Shown here: positions 62,197-64,000 of the stretch, piece after piece
Numbering within the stretch: the first letter of the stretch is position 1
Layout of the letters: each line of letters begins with the position of its first letter
From: Bispira polyomma
Taxonomy: Eukaryota
Reading direction: 5' to 3'
NCBI GenBank assembly: GCA_965649765.1
Contig: OZ287758.1
Span: forward strand, 21,328,001-21,392,000
DNA length: 64,000 nucleotides
The notes under the pieces: model-generated
The model's database searches: none
Seen by the model: the letters and a program-made list of their open reading frames with translations, nothing else
Told to the model about the DNA's origin: nothing
Made by a program: the position numbers and the translations under genes

Positions 62197-63339
62197 GCCA
62201 ATATCCTGAATGAATTTTACTTACATATCATGAGGACACAGAGTTTTTTTGTAATAATTGTCTCTTCAGCAAATGTTTATGTGACAAAAAAAGTTTGTAA
62301 GATTATTCCAAATTGAATAAAGACCCTTTTCAAATATTATTTGTTTCATTCACCATCAATATGTTTATATTCTTACTTAATGTTTTTTTTATTATTAATT
62401 CATTTATTAGTTAAGTGGGCAGACGTCTAAATAAAGAGTGACCTACATCGGAAGCCATTAAAACTGAATTTGCATACCACATATGTGAATATTTTATCCA
62501 TCAGACTCTGCACTGTTCAGTTTATTCTGTATACAAATGCTTGATTGATGTTGTATCATCAATTAAATTTGAACTTTCTTGCAGAGTATAAGAAATGTGT
62601 GTTTTGTACCAAACATGAATGCCATTGGATTTATTCTGAAACTTTTGTTACAAAGGGATTCAGCTCTTACCTGGCCTGACCAGAACGGGATGTCCAGTCA
62701 TTTAGGGTCTATTATTCACCAATTGCATTCAACTCACATGACCAAGAAACCTGCTTTTCCTTATCATGTGCTAGGACATTGATCAGTAAAGACATTATCT
62801 TCAGCTAACTCCAGAAGCTATCTTTAAATATTTTACAGTCTTCATTATTTTAAAAAAAATTACTTTTTTAACTTTGTTTTTTTACAGTTTAATTGGAGCA
62901 AAATATGTAAAAATATGTAGTACATTATGACAACAGATTTTATTAGATCAGCATTCATCTGGAATGGTAAAAGAGGATGGAAAATGAGGGTGGTTATAAG
63001 GTTATCAAAATATCTTCCTTTAAATGGTGATCTAAATATGCTTGGGTGGGTATTGTTTAGCAGATAAGTAATAAATTTATATCCAAATTTAGTACCAAAT
63101 TAATCTCATAATCCCGAGAAAAACCTGTTTTGAATAATGATGGTTGTTGCCAATCGCAATACTTATTTAGAAATTTTACCCAAACTTAATAATTATGTTG
63201 GGACTATGACACCAATTTTTTCCAAGTTTACATCAGCTTCAAACAAATATAATGTGTCATTATTTAGTGTTATATCATATAGTTTAACTCGCAAAGTATA
63301 AATCCAAATGTTTTTTTGTTTTTTTTTCTTGTTTTTTTT

Positions 63340-64000
63340 TCCATATATATGCTACAGAACAGGTACACATTGTAAACAGGTATATAGTTAGTATATAATT
63401 ATACGAGTTAAAACATGTAACTGACAATGTCGCGAAATAAACTTTTTTAGATTTACACATTAAACAATTACTGATAATAACTGACCAAAACGATCTTGAA
63501 AAATATTTGTTTTACCATTTTTAATAAAAATAAATGTTCTACTTTAAGTTTGCTCTTTAAAATACAGAGGAATTTTAAAAAGGAAAGTTCCTTGCTATCT
63601 TTCTTTGATTGGTAAATATAGTATTTGCCAATTAAAATTGTATAATTCACACACAAATAATATTTTGTAGCATAACATATTAATCCAAATAGTATTTGCA
63701 ATACTGTAAAGTTTACATTAACATACATAGATACTAATAACCATTTCTCTACTTGTTTCCAGAAATTAACAGCTTTGCTTCAATAAAAAAAATAGTGTTC
63801 AATGTTATCAATAGATATACAACTGTGGCACAGTGGTGACTCTTTTATATTCCAAATAGACAATTTATAATTACATGGAAAGATTCTATGAAGGATTTTA
63901 AACTGAAGGCTAACCAAATAAGTATCTTGCAAGATCTTGGATGGCAGCAAGTAGATATTATGCCAGTTCATAGTTTTTAAAAATGTGTAGTATTCTACCC
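63340..64000 (-). mobile_element. 3' end of an L1/Tx1-like LINE (runs off the window)
   Basis: LQFKILHRIFPCNYKLSIWNIKESPLCHSCISIDNIEHYFF is a zf-RVT-like CCHC region. A-rich tail on the minus strand near 63310-63340. Confidence 0.7.

Noticed and set aside
61789-62209. His-rich and Met/Val-rich ORFs in the ORF track
   Set aside because: These are antisense or off-frame shadows of the Gly/His exon; splice phase fixes the GGH frame.

Overview
AT-rich, intron-containing animal genomic DNA, probably a marine invertebrate; the species cannot be determined from sequence. Host genes, all on +, reconstructed by hand from GT-AG junctions with consistent phases: (i) a tandem array of four 7-exon secreted AA15-type lytic polysaccharide monooxygenase (LPMO) genes, each with signal peptide, His-brace domain, Thr-rich linker and six-Cys tail module; (ii) a Gal-3-O-sulfotransferase-like gene inside the array; (iii) a 196-aa secreted Gly/His/Tyr-rich protein just downstream. 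The window also holds four relatives of one tyrosine-recombinase (YR) retrotransposon lineage with Ngaro/PAT-type split direct repeats: a complete copy with identical repeats (29151-35956), a coding copy with only A...B (15296-21122), an ORF-less A-spacer-B copy (54666-55462, minus) and a gag relic (~2150-2283). Comparing them shows three features I do not recognise as described. First, a covarying three-way-junction RNA motif lies in the non-coding spacer. Second, one conserved splice donor in gag can join in frame to conserved acceptors in front of both pol and YR. Third, the B-repeat end is complementary to the A repeat, with covariation. The rest is decayed LINEs, a gypsy gag relic, SINEs, MITEs and minisatellites. 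All calls are by eye; no searches were run.
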